NCBI GenBank assembly: GCA_043228905.1
Contig: JBHGNT010000002.1
Location: 11,346,001-11,410,000, forward strand
Origin: Azolla caroliniana
Taxonomy: Eukaryota > Plantae > Polypodiophyta
Reading direction: 5' to 3'
Length of the DNA stretch: 64,000 nucleotides
In this document: positions 38,223-50,808 of the stretch, one piece after another
Layout: each line of letters begins with the position of its first letter
Position numbering within the stretch: the stretch's first letter is position 1
Position numbers and translations under genes: made by a program
Notes under the pieces: generated by a model
Told to the model about the DNA's origin: nothing
The model's database searches: none
What the model saw: only the letters and a program-made list of their open reading frames with translations

Positions 38223-38490
38223 CTCACCGGGTCTGCACCATCCGGCTCTCCATAGCCGGGTACTCCTCATCCGGTTCTCACCGGGTCTGCACCATCCGGC
38301 TCTCCATAGCCGGGTGCTCCTCATCCGGTTCTCACCAGGTCTGCACCATCCGGCTCTCCCTAGCCGGGTACTCCTCATCCGGTTCTCACCGGGTCTGCAC
38401 CATCCGGCTCTCCGTAGCCGGGTACTCCTCATCCGGTTCTCACCGGGTCTGCACCATCCGGCTCTCCGTAGCTGGGTACTCCTCTTCCGG
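38223..38490. repeat. 54-bp minisatellite, 5 units, in the right LTR of copia E
   Basis: Same unit; LTR lengths are 709 and 763 bp, a difference of 54. Confidence 0.92.
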
Positions 38491-39587
38491 AGGGACCTGT
38501 CTCCCAACAAAGTGGATATGTTTCAAGAGTTCTTTGGCTATTACTATAGTCTTAGGTTCTGCGTTGGTGTCAGCTAAATTTAATTCCTCCAGTGTTGATG
38601 CATGTACTCATTGAGACACATGCATTTCCTTTTCAATCGCCTCATGCCGCATTTGAATCTCTTTTAATGTCTGCTCATCTACGGGAACTTCATCTTCCTT
38701 GTTTTCTATATAAGAAGTGCGTGTCTGCAAAATGTCTACTTTGAATAAGGGAATGATTTTTGGATTGTCATTAAAATACCGGTCTTCCTCCGCTTCATCG
38801 AGTTCTTCCATCATATTAACCAACTCTGCATGGACTGGTAGACATTGACAAGCCGTAGTGACTTTGTCCTGAGTTGATATCCAGATTTTAGTTTTAACCT
38901 TCCTGAATGTCAGCATATTCTTGTTCCAGTTTTGCTTAGTATTAGCCATTTTTAATCATGCTCGACCTAACAGGAGTGGATATGCTCCAAGAGCATCCAA
39001 AGGAAGCACCGTTGCCAATATCTGAAGAACGTGGCCCCCTAAAATGACATCTAACTGTCGGATTAACCCGAGTGGTCAGACTGTGCTTGTGTCGGCCATT
39101 CTTAACAAAAAAGGACATGCATCCTACTTGGTAATTCGAAGTTTATCATAGGTAATCTTATTGATGACATTGACACCTGAACCACCATCGACAATAGTTC
39201 CGGACACCTCTAGCCCCCGAATTATAACTTTTATTGAAGGGCTCTATTCATCCATGATTGTCAGACCATTGCTTGGCTAGTTATAATTAACTGATACCTG
39301 AGTTGCATCTTTTTGTGTAAGGAGAGTTCCCACCTTTTCCATAAAACGAGGCACTAATTTTAGTAATCCTTTCTCAAAGGTACTGATACTTGACAATCGG
39401 CCAAAACATTCCAAGCCTCCTCCTATTCCTAGACTGGAAATGTCTCAACCTGAGGCACAGATTGTTCCTTATTGGATAACTCATTCTCCTGAATCATTTA
39501 GGCTTACATTATTTTGATTAGCTTCTTCCACCCATTCTTTAGCTGCTTTCCGAATGGCTTCTTGGATTTCCCACTCCGACTGCGTAC

Positions 39588-42500
39588 TGATAGAGTGTAT
39601 AAGACAAAGGATAGTTGTACACAATATGAGGACTTGACCAAGCCGATTAGAGAGAGTTGTGAATTAAAATAGATTATAATGACCAAGGGAGCTATGAATT
39701 AGAGAGGGAGACTCAAGAAATTAAGACAAAAGATAGAGAAGATGAGAACGAGATAAGAATGTTATAATATTCAACTATCAAGTCCATACAATGGGGATAA
39801 ACTCCAAATTGGACGAAACACCAAACAACTTCTGGACTTCCAATCACCTAAACCCCCAAATGTCTTTCACTATTCTTCCTTAATCGCTTTCTCCTTCGAC
39901 TACGCCTCCTTCCACTTCTAAGACTCTTTTTTCCCCTACCAAGACCCTTTCCTTATTACTAAGGTAGACCTTTCCCCTCTTAACCTCCTTCATTTCACTT
40001 CTTATAATCTTCTTCTCCCCCTGCTTCCTCTCTTTTACACGCTCTTTATAGAAGGTTTTCATATCCTATTTTTAGCTTCAACCAGGTGATATTCTCATCA
40101 TCATATATCCCTCAACCGAGACCGAAATTATGAGATTTAAAAAGCTACAGATAACTCTCTTTACAATATTTGAACCTATATTTAAACATGATATTTTGGT
40201 GACAAACGAAAGAGTTATGACCATTCCTTTTCGACTGTTTTTGGGTGGCTCGCTTTTTCTCTTTTTACTTTTCTCTATGTCTCTTACTTTCACTTTTGAC
40301 TTCTTCTTAAAGTCTTGGTTCGTGTTCTTAGCCTCTAAGTGTGAATGCCCCATACCTTATATTCTTCTAATTTTCAATAGCTTGAATTCTAAAAACACTT
40401 TCACATTTAGCCCTCCCCCTTGGTTGTTGAGTGAACCATTTATGGTGAGCCAAAAAGAAAAAAGGAAAAGAATCCCCTTCGCCTTATGGCAAGCTATAGA
40501 CAATGAAGGAGTACAAATACTAAAAATATAACAATTTATTGTGTGAGAGAAAACCCCCATTACGTGGTATGAAAAAATCTCACACTTCTAGACACACACG
40601 GCAAGCTATAGACAATGAAGGAGTACAAATACTAAAAATATAACAAATTATTGTGTGCGAGAAAACCCCCCTTACGTGGTAGGAAAAAAATCTCACACTT
40701 CTAGACACACACACACACACACACATTGATAAATGCCATCACCATATATCTCCTTGTCAACACAAAAAAAGAGGTTACCACATATATTATGTCTTTGTCA
40801 ACTCTACAATCACAAGCAAGGCCATGGGATACATAACTCTTGATAGAAGTAAGCATGTCAACATATGAATAAATCTTTTGAGTGAGCGAACCTTTTGCAC
40901 AAATACCTTCAACGCTTCGAGACTTGTTGGAATTGTCAACTTTTGAATTACTTTGATCTGTGATTCATCCAAATGAATTCCTTCTTGGCATACCACATTC
41001 TCCACACTACCTTGTGTTGTATAAATGATTATTTGATCTACAATCTCATCTCAAAAAGGAAGTGAAAATTGATCTCGTTTGGTCGAATCATTCAAGGTGT
41101 TGAAATCGATGTCATTCTTCTTTGGAACCAAAACTATAGGTGACACAAACTTCAAATACTCCATCTTATTATTGAAACTTTCTTGCAACAATGTTTTGAA
41201 CTTTTGTATAAGATCTTCCTTGTGTATAACACCCAATTGCCTAAGTTTTGGGGAAATTGGTATACTTTCCTTCAACTTGATGTAGTGTTTGATGCCATCT
41301 TCTCCTCTTATTCTGAAACACTCGATAACCACATCCTCCACTATGCTAATACAATGTGCCACTCCACCATTTGCTACAACAACCCTTGTTCAAGATGACC
41401 TACTAATAGAAATTCCCACTTTGTTTTCTTCAAATTCAGAAATCAAGCTTACCCTAACACCACTATCAACCAAGGCATCTTTGATGTGAAACCCTTTGAT
41501 GGAGACGAGGACGGTTGGTTGTATGTCCTTTCAATCTTCTACTCGCACGATCCCCACATAATGCATGGTCTCCCGACTTTGTCAGATACTCGCAAGCCTC
41601 CCCCACTCCTTTCGCGATGTGGGAGATAATTGGAGAAGTTGCAACCATGTTATCCTTGGTCCACTTGACATAACTCATCCTTCAAATTGAAAGCTTCTAC
41701 AACTTCTCCCATAGGAATATCCTCCATCTTGATCTTCCTTCTAGAGTGTCTCCTTCTCAATTTCTCCTCTTTCTCATTCTCCTTAGACTTCTTCTTTTGT
41801 CTTGAGGCACTAGATTCTCCTTCAAATTCTTTCTCCTTTTGTGAGGCTCTTGTCCTTTTTATAGGAGCTACTTCACAAGCATTATCACGATCATCAATAA
41901 AATTAGGAAGATTCACATTATGAGGAATTGTACAAACTTGAGCCATAGGAATTGTTATGGCTTCGCCTCCTTCGACTCCATTGTTGATGGGTTGTTGACC
42001 ATTCTTTTGCACTTGATACATGCCTCTTCCCATACCTCTTTGTTGTCGATGAGGACATCTTGTTGAGATGTGTCCCTCTTGAAAAGAATAACAAATTACT
42101 ACTTGAAGCCCTCTACAGCCACCACCCTCGGGAATAGAGTTGTGAATTGCATGGGATTGTCCCAAATGAGCCATCACTTCGTCAAAGCGCCAATTGACCA
42201 AGGCCATAGTAACTTGTTCCCTCTTTCCTTGCTCCACTTCTTGTGATATACTTGTTGGGTTTATTGTTGGGTTAGTATACACATTTGGAAACACTTGTCC
42301 ACCATGCACAATTGAAGATGAGATTTGAAGATTGGTGCCAGGCATCAAATTTGCATCCAAAGCCGCCATTTGGAGAAACATCATGGAACTCATCATCTTC
42401 ACTTGCCGATCATAACTTTGACAAACTTGGAGAAGATCTTGAAAAGTTGTTTGATCCTTCAAGCTTGCCTCCAAACGGAAATGCATGTCAAGGCCCATCT

Positions 42501-43798
42501 TGAATCTGTCCATCTTAAAACACTCGTCTTCAATGCCACCATGAACACGAATCCACATCGTCCACAAATCCTTGAAATTTCTTTCAGACTATATGAATCC
42601 AAAAGGTGATTACATCTTTAGTTGAAAAAGATCCTCCCTTACTTTCGTTGCACTTCCCCATGGAATGTATTTGGAACGAAACTGGTGTACCAACAATTGA
42701 TATTCTCCTTGTTCGTTTGGTGGAAGAGAGTCATACCAATCTCACTCTCGACCATAGAGTGTAGCTACCAACAAGGGCAACTTTTCATTTACAGTGACGC
42801 GTCCAATAGAGATGGCATGATGCTCAAAGGATGCCAAAAACACACCAGCATCTTGTGTTCTTTCACCTGAAAATGGGAACTCCATCGCTAGGTTAATGTA
42901 ATACACTAACACCAAGAAAGAATAGGACCTCCCTCGTATACGGAAAGGATTCTCCCTCCCTAGGGCACCCAAAAAATGATAGAGTGTATAAGACAAAGGA
43001 TAGTCGTACACAATATGAGGACTTGACCAAGCCGATTAGAGAGAGTTGTGAATTAAAATAGATTATAAAGACCAAGGGAACTTCGAATTAGAGAGGGAGA
43101 CTCAAGAATTTAAGACCAAAGATAGAGAAGATGAGAAAGAGATAAGAGTGTTATAATATTCAACTATCAAGACCATACAAAGGGGATAAACTCCAAATTC
43201 AACTAAAAACCAAACAACTTCTTGACTTCCAATCACCTAAACCCCCAAAGGTCTTTCACTATTCTTCCTTAATCACTTTCTCCTTCGATTATGCCTCCTT
43301 CTTCCATTTCTAAGACTCTTCTTTCCCCTACCAAGACCCTTTCCTTATTACTAGGGTAGACCTTTCCCCTTCTTCACCTCCTTCATTTCACTTCTTATAA
43401 TCTTCTTCTCCCCCTGCTTCCTCTCTTTTGCACGCTCTTTATAGAAGGTTTTCATATCCTATTTTTAGCTTCGACCAAGTGATATTCTCATCGTCATATA
43501 TCCCTCAACTGAGCCCGAAATTATGAGATTTAAAAAGCTACAGATAACTCTCTTTACAATTTTCTAACCTGTATTTAAACATGATATTTTGGTGACAAAC
43601 GAAAGAGTAATGACCATTCCTTTTCGATTGTTTTTAGATGGCCCACTTTTTCTCTTTTTACTTTTCTCTGTGTCTCTTACTTTTACTTTTGACTTCTTCT
43701 TAAGGTCTTGGTTTGTTTTCTTAGCCTTCAAATGTGAATGCGCCATACCTTATATTCTTCTAATTTTCAATTACTTGAATTCTAAAAACACTTTCACA
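39588..43798 (-). mobile_element. Internally deleted (non-autonomous) Ty3/gypsy element F
   Basis: LTRs 39588-40405 and 42977-43798 (TGATAG...TTTCACA); PPT AGGGGGAGGG; TSD CGTAC/CTTAC; gag remnant and RT scraps (VSPIVLVPKKN, DFNTLNDSTKRDQFSLPF). Removing it rejoins host LTTRSKG-TQSEWEIQE. Confidence 0.88.
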
Positions 43799-43799
43799 C

Positions 43800-45070
43800 T
43801 TACCTTTGCTTCGAGTGGTTAGTTGTTGAATTTCGGGTACAACCATATTGAGGGTTGGTGCCTGCCCTTTTTGCCTTGTTGGACATTGATTCACATAATG
43901 CCCTTCCTTCACCGGGTTCATATTGTGGACGTTGATTATCATTTGACTCAGAATTTTCCCTTTGCCGAGTGTCATGCTGAAATTGCCGAGACCCCTTGGG
44001 CTTCTTATTATCATTGAACCGCCTATTACCTTGATGATTATCCTCTTGACGTCGAAAGTTATTAGACTTCCGATTGTCTTGATAACGACCTCCTCTATAT
44101 GGTTGTCGATTACCATTATCTCTTTGTAGTGAATAATCCCTATCATGATTATTCCGATCGTCATTATTATAGTCGTTTTGATGATCGTCATCCCTTCTTG
44201 GCTCATATTGATCGTTCCACCGATATTCCTCTTGGCTATAATCGTTATCATTTCTTCGATTATCATCCCACCTATCATCCTCCCGAGATCGATTATTTGA
44301 TCTATTCCTGTTCTCCTGATAGGAATTTTCCGGATGAATTTCTCGAACTGCTGGTGCCATTTTGTTAAGCAAATTATATTCACATTGTTCGACCGAATGA
44401 GCTTTAGAATGACATATAGTACAATGGGTGTGCAAACTACATTCCATTGTCGAATGTCCTATATTAAGGCAAGTCGTACACTGGACCGCTTGCCGAAATC
44501 TGAGCTCTTCCATTGTTGGTAAATCGTTATGTAATGCGGACATATTCATGCTATTCATATTTTTGTGCATCCGATCCATAACTAATGCTTTATCAATCAC
44601 CTGATTGATTGATTAATTATGAAAATCGAACATTGTTAAAGTTGTTAGAAGAGGTTCCCTAATTGCTTCAAGAAAGATATATTTTACTTCTTCATCAAGT
44701 ATTCTCTTGGAAATTTGAAGTTGTAAAATTTGATATCGCATCACAAATTGTGATACCGTTTCATGGGGTTCCTGGTATGCCGCATAGAATTGACAGATCA
44801 GATCCTTTTGTGGGACCTGTCTATGAAACAATTGTATGAATCTAGTAGTTAATTGTTCAAATGACTCAAACGCTCTCAAGCCATTCAGGCCAAACCAATT
44901 TGCCGACGGACCATCGAGAGATAACACAAACTTAGCAATTAGACTTGTCTTTAGTTGCCGCCAACTATCGCTGAGCACCATGGTTAATTTCCCATGTTGT
45001 TAAGAAATCCCTAATGTGTGCCTCTACATCAATGCCATCTCGATACTACCAGTATGGGTAAGGCATATTG
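43800..45070 (-). pseudogene. gag of element C
   Basis: LSLDGPSANWF; tandem knuckles CTTCLNIGHSTMEC / CTICHSKAHSVEQC; R/D/N-rich tract. Confidence 0.85.
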
Positions 45071-45829
45071 TCGTCACCTGAAATGTCCTAGAAAGAAATT
45101 TGTTCAGACTGACCTTCATCCGAAGAATTTTCAGTTAAATTGGGAATTGAGAATCACTCCCGATCCACGCGTTGCTGCTGCGTAGGTTGACAATTATCAA
45201 CCAGATCCACTACGGTTTGAGTTGTTGAGTGCGTGAGAAGATGTTTATGACCTACCAGGGTTTGAACTTGTTCTTTGCTGAATGTAGATGAAACCGGGTG
45301 TACCAAAATTATTGTGTTGTTCGGCCAACAGTCGACCACTAATACTGACAACACAATAGGGTCGAATGTTCTATGTTGAACGTTCTATCAAGAAACTGTG
45401 GAGTACGAATGGAATGAAAACAAAATTAATGCAAACTGTGATCGACTGATTGACATAATATAGTTGCCAACAGAATAGGACTGAGTCAAATACACAAGAG
45501 ATTACTCAGCGCATAGGCAACACAAATTTCTACTAACTAATAACTATATTAAACTCAAAATAGCACGATAGTTTTACAATGTCTTTGGCTCCTTTTTATA
45601 GGTAACTGACAGATGGACTCATCAAGAATTACATCTTGCCTTGTCGGCAAGAACTATCCAAAACATCTAACTAACTTTACTTTCTATATTTATTTATTTT
45701 TTAGCCGGCAAAAATGTTGACTCGTTGGTTCACCTTGTCGATCCGACTCCGACTCTATCTTTCCAAACATTGTCGACTCCAACGTTTCCACACTTGGCCG
45801 ACTCTTACCCCAACTAACTAATAGAGGCA

Positions 45830-47582
45830 CAACTTCCTCCATAAGTGAAGAAGCTTCGTCCTTCTCCTATGAACATTTTCTGGAGAACCATACATATTAT
45901 CATACTGCCGACAGACTACTATTAGTACTGTTTCCCATATCTCAAGCAGTACATCAAAAGGACCAAGATTTGTTGCATCATAAAGTCGACTACATCTACA
46001 TTTCCATCATACCCATAACGTTACCATAGTCATAGTTTTCCAGACCTGGATAGATCGCACCTGCTTTCGAGGTTGTTGAAACGAACAAACCAATATCCAC
46101 CTTCTATTGTGTACCGTCATGGCGTGTTGAATATCGTTTGCCTCATACAACATCAAGCTAGAATGTAAAACTCCCCACAGTACTGCTCCCCATGAGAACA
46201 AACAACCAACATTGATCATTAGGAATAAAGAAACTACTTTATTCCATACTTGTTGAGCCAAGGGACAAGACTAGAGGGCATGCTTAGTAGTCTCATGAGT
46301 TGCATAGAAAAATCCACAATGCCTGAGATTAGGTGCTACATTCCCTTTCAATGACTGGCCAACTAGTAATGTGGCATGCACTAATACCCATCAAAAAAGA
46401 ATAAATTTAGTGGGCCCCTTGAAAGACCAGATCCATCTCCAATAGGTTTTCAACTGCAATGTTGAAACACCCAAGTTAGTCCAATGTTTTTGAATTGCTG
46501 ACACCATTACATTCGTAGACATTAGTTATGACCTTCCAAGCTTCACTGAATACAGAAAGAAGGGAACCTTTATGATTTGTTCCCCCAAGGAATATGACCA
46601 GAACCAACCCCCCGGATCCCATAGTAATCTTGCAACAGGTTCTTTTGCGTACAACCACATCATATCACACATATGAGCGATGGAAGGGTAAGGATCAAGT
46701 ATCCACTTCTTTCCGATTTTAGCAACCACTCTGACTGCAATCAAAGGCATGAGGTTGCAGTCAAAGGCATGAGGCTGCAATCTATTGTTGTCAAGAACCT
46801 CAAAATAAGAAATGCACCCATTAGGTGAGATACCCTTGATAGCCAACAATGTGTCATTTACGAAGCATCCAAACAAAAAATGTTCCTCTATGGGTTGGAC
46901 GGTTGCTGCCAATGAGGGATATGCCACTAAAATGACATTCGTCATTATCTTGGCCCCACAAACAACTTGTAAATGCGCAAGATAATCTACTTGTCACTTT
47001 GCTAAAATTGAATACAAGTGCTTATAGATGTAGCTATCCCATTATCCAATTCACCCTAGGCAACAATCCTCAGATCTATCAAGAGGGCTTTTCACTACAT
47101 CAAAGGATCTATCAAACCCAACTCTCCATGGATTTTAGGCTGAATCAACACCTTCCATGCAACTTTGACCATTATTCGACATCCATTTTTTTCCCCTTGA
47201 GAGAAAATTATAGATCAAGCTTCACACTTTCATTATTGCTAACCTAGAAAATAACCAAACAGATGTTATAAACCAGATAGAGGCCAAAAGTACTGAATTT
47301 ACTACTACAACCCGACCTGCGAAAGAAAATTGTTGGGCATCCCAATATAATAGTTTATTCTTTATGGATAATAGCTGCAGGGATAACATAACTTCTAATT
47401 TTAAATCTAGACCAACCAGGCATCCCAAATACTGAACAAGTTCACCTTGGTGAAGACATCGGAAAGTAGGACCTAGATACCAAGCGAGATGAGACTCTTC
47501 ACCCACCCATAACCCTACTGACTTGTTCCAATTAAGTGAGGGACATGTGGCCTCCGAGAAATTCTGCAAACCATTCTGTACC
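45830..47582 (-). mobile_element. Non-LTR (L1-like LINE) ORF2 fragment, post-RT region to zinc finger
   Basis: NWNKS, YLGCLVG, FSFAGRVVVVNSVLLAS.WF and H..SCPLAQQVW are typical plant L1 motifs. Confidence 0.75.
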
Positions 47583-49051
47583 TGTTAGGAATAGTACTAA
47601 GACAGAGAGGGAATTAGTATTGAAATATGAGGATTAGTACTAAGGGGGGTGTAGAATTGTTGGGAGAAGGAGACGGAGAGAGAGGGAGGGAGAGGGGGAG
47701 AGAGAGAGGGAGAGAGAGAGAGAGAGAGAGAAGGATGATAACAAAAGATATATATTATATGAAGAGAATATACATGAATAGCTAGGAGGCTTAAGACTGG
47801 CGTTGAACCGATTTGGTTCTCAATAATGCCATGTGCCTCTTTTTATAGTGGCTTAGGAATACTCTTGACATTTCTAGAATGTTCCAAAGAAACCTAGACT
47901 ATACATGGAAGTCCTAAGTGAAATAATAAATGGAAATAATATTTTTTGTATGACAATGTATAGCTTAATGGTAAGGCTTAAACCCATGTGACACAAGATT
48001 TGAAGCCATACCATGCTATATCATGACACTACCCCCCCCTTAAAATGACGAGCGTCGCGAGTCGTTTTAGATGGCGAACCTGGCTTGTGGGATATTGTCG
48101 ATGAAAGTCCTCAACAAGAGCTCGAGCATTTACCACATTCTAGACTAGTTCCCAAGCTAGCCAATCAACCAAATAGTAGAGCTTGTTGTGAACAATCTTG
48201 GAATCGAGGATGGCAGTTACTTCGTACTCCAGTCCTGCTTCAAGCTTGATCAGGGTGGAGGTGGTGTAATACGATTGGGAATACTGTTGTCTTGATACGG
48301 TTCAAGAAGAGAACTATGAAAAACCGGATGTATCTGTAATTGCGAGGTAGATCGAGACGAAAAGCAACATCATTAATTTTTCTGATAATATAGAAAGGAC
48401 TTAATCGTTGATAGTCCAATTTATCGCATGGGTGAGTGGTCTTGATGTGTCGTCGTAATAGCCATACAAGATCTCCAATGTTAAAACTAAATGGAAGCCG
48501 ATGACGATCCGCATAATCCTTATGTGTTTTTTGAGCTTGTCGTAAATGAGTAGATAAGTCAGCTTGTATCTTGTGTTGTTGTTCTAAACGTTCCTCTACA
48601 CAAGGATTTGTGGGTAACTCCAGAGTTTCGAATACACACCACCGAGGATGATACCCTATATAAGCATAAAATGGTGTAACCCTAGTTGATGAGTGAACAG
48701 AGTTATTATATGCAAATTCGGCAAAGTGGAGAATCTTCGCCCAGTCACATTGTTGATACCTTAGAAAACACCGAAGATACTGTTCCAGCGTTTGATTAGT
48801 TCGTTTTGCTTGTTTGGATCTGTTTTTTGGTGGTAGCCAGACAAGACGTTACTAGTGACCTTGAGCATTTTAAAGAGAAGCTTCGAGAATTTGGAGACAA
48901 CTTGGGGTCCACGGTTGCTGATGATACTGTCGAGGAGGCCATGATGCCGACATACCTCACGCATGACAGTTTTGGTGGTTTCTTCACTAGGAATTTCCTT
49001 CGTACAAGGCAGAAAATGTGTCATCTTCGTATATTGATCTACTACTGTTAA

Positions 49052-49330
49052 GATCGCATCGAACCCCTTCGAAACTCGAAGATCAGTGATGAAATCTAGA
49101 GAAATGGATTGCCACAGCTTGCTTGGAATTGGCAATGGTTCCAATAAACCATATGGATGATGTCTTGGCATCTTTGCTCTGCAACATGTCTCGATCGCAT
49201 CGAATCCCTTTGAAACTGGAAGATCAGTGATGAAATCTTGAGAAATGGATTGTCACGGCTTGCTTGGAATTTGTAATGGTTCCAATGAACCATATGGATG
49301 ATGTCTTGGCATCTTTGCTCTACAACATGT
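49052..49330. repeat. ~140-bp tandem duplication inside the integrase of G
   Basis: GATCGCATCGAA...GCATCTTTGCTCT.CAACATGT is present twice. Confidence 0.85.
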
Positions 49331-49710
49331 ATCACATGTCCGAACATAGTCTTTGACAAATCGTCTCATATGAGGCCACCAGAATGATCGTTGTACTAAA
49401 TCCAACAAAAGGCCCCGCTCTATATGTGTCATGAAAATTTTGGACTACTCGAAGGCAACAAGAACCATTAGGAACATACACGAGTTTCTTAAAGAATAGT
49501 AATCGATCATGACATTCAAATTGTTGATAGTCCGTGTCTGGTTGTTGCGACTATGAACAAGATGCCCGAGAGGGATCAATTTGTGCTAGAATGGCTTGAG
49601 TGAAAGCGTCTGTCTTGAAGTCTTCACATATGGTATCGATAGTGTGGGAATCCAATGGGGTATCAAAAACCCACATAGCTTGCAGTCGTGCCAGTCCCAG
49701 GATTACTTGC

Positions 49711-50808
49711 TGTGAATGTGTGCTCCTCGACCCGCTTGCGTGGTTTTCTTTGACCATCAACATTGCTTGTAAGTCGAAGAAGGACGGTGGCTTCTCCGGA
49801 GTGCAGATTGTTGTCCGGATTGAGCCGTACTGTTGTGCTAGACTACCGAGGCAAATTTGGACCATATCGTCTTCGAGCGCATCAAAAATCTCCTTTATTT
49901 TAGTAGTGTAATCTGTAACCGGCATATCTCTTTACCGGACATTATTCAGCCCTTGCCGAAGCTGCAACTTATGGGCTGTGGTACTCGGGGTGAAAATCTT
50001 CTTCAGATTTTCCCAAGCCTCCTTCGGCGTTTTTGCATCCTTTATGTAGCCGGCCATTTGGTCATGCACACAAGACGCGAGGTAGTACAATACTCGGCTC
50101 GCTCCTTGCTCCCATACCAGGAAGTCCTCATGTGCCCGCTCCGGCGCTACCTCGTCCGTTCATTCCACAAAGCTCCAATATCCATAGCCCAACAAGTACT
50201 GGTGCATCTTGTATGACTAGGATGTGTAGTTGCTCCGGTCGAGCTTCTCTGTTGGAAGTGAACTCGACATTCCACTGTCCATAGCTTCTCTTTGTCTGTT
50301 GTTACCGGGTTTTAGGGTTCGTCTATGAAAGCAAGTGTCGGTTGCAGAGGTTCTCAACCCTCGCGCTATGATACTGTGTGAATGTTAACGTGCGAAAGCG
50401 TTAGACAGACGGATAACAATAGAGAATAAGATGAAGGTTTAATGGATAAGCTTAATACACAGAGAGTATACGCGGGAGAGATAGAGAGAGCAGAGCATAA
50501 CTTAATTCATGATGACACTTTGTAACTCTATATGCATACAACGTGCTAAACAACACTATTTATAGAAGTCCCGAAAAGGACTGATAGAAGTACTATGTAC
50601 TTCAATGCTCATACGAGCGACTGACACTAACTACAAGACAATGATTACCTAGTAGTCTAGGCTACTACTAGGCTTCCGGTTCTCACTCTGATCCGGCTGG
50701 TTGTATCCGGATACCATCCGAATACCAATCCGGCTCATCCTTCCAGATGCTAATCTGGCTCAAGCTTATTCAGCCGATCCGGATCCGGTTGAGCTTGCTT
50801 GCTCAACA
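49711..50808 (-). mobile_element. Deleted copia (5' LTR 50377-50808 plus gag) nested in G
   Basis: TSD CTTGC at 49706-49710 and 50809-50813; degenerate iMet PBS; gag homologous to D. Confidence 0.85.

Larger units (their letters stand above)
32965..38509 (-). mobile_element. Near-complete Ty1/copia element E (Tnt1/Tork-like polyprotein)
   Basis: LTRs 32965-33673 and 37747-38509 (TG..CA); PBS tRNA-iMet 37733-37744; PPT AGGGGGAG next to 33674; TSD GAGTG/AAGTG (4 of 5). Confidence 0.95.
20100..45815 (-). mobile_element. Ty3/gypsy element C (same lineage as A and H), 3'-truncated, host of several nested insertions
   Basis: 5' LTR ~45313-45815 with PBS-like TGGTACACCCGG; gag 43800-45070; PR ~39000-39250; RT/RH/INT 29900-32400; ORF2 split into 29077-29530 and 20100-21375. 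Outer boundaries approximate. Confidence 0.8.

Noticed and set aside
33441-38490. Regular 54-bp repeats as a CRISPR array or repeat-protein gene
   Set aside because: There are no unique spacers and no cas genes. The units are head-to-tail inside copia LTRs, and the ORFs arise only because 54 is divisible by 3.
47670-47735. GA/CT microsatellites here and at ~8780, 12500 and 17300
   Set aside because: They are ordinary LTR-associated simple repeats.
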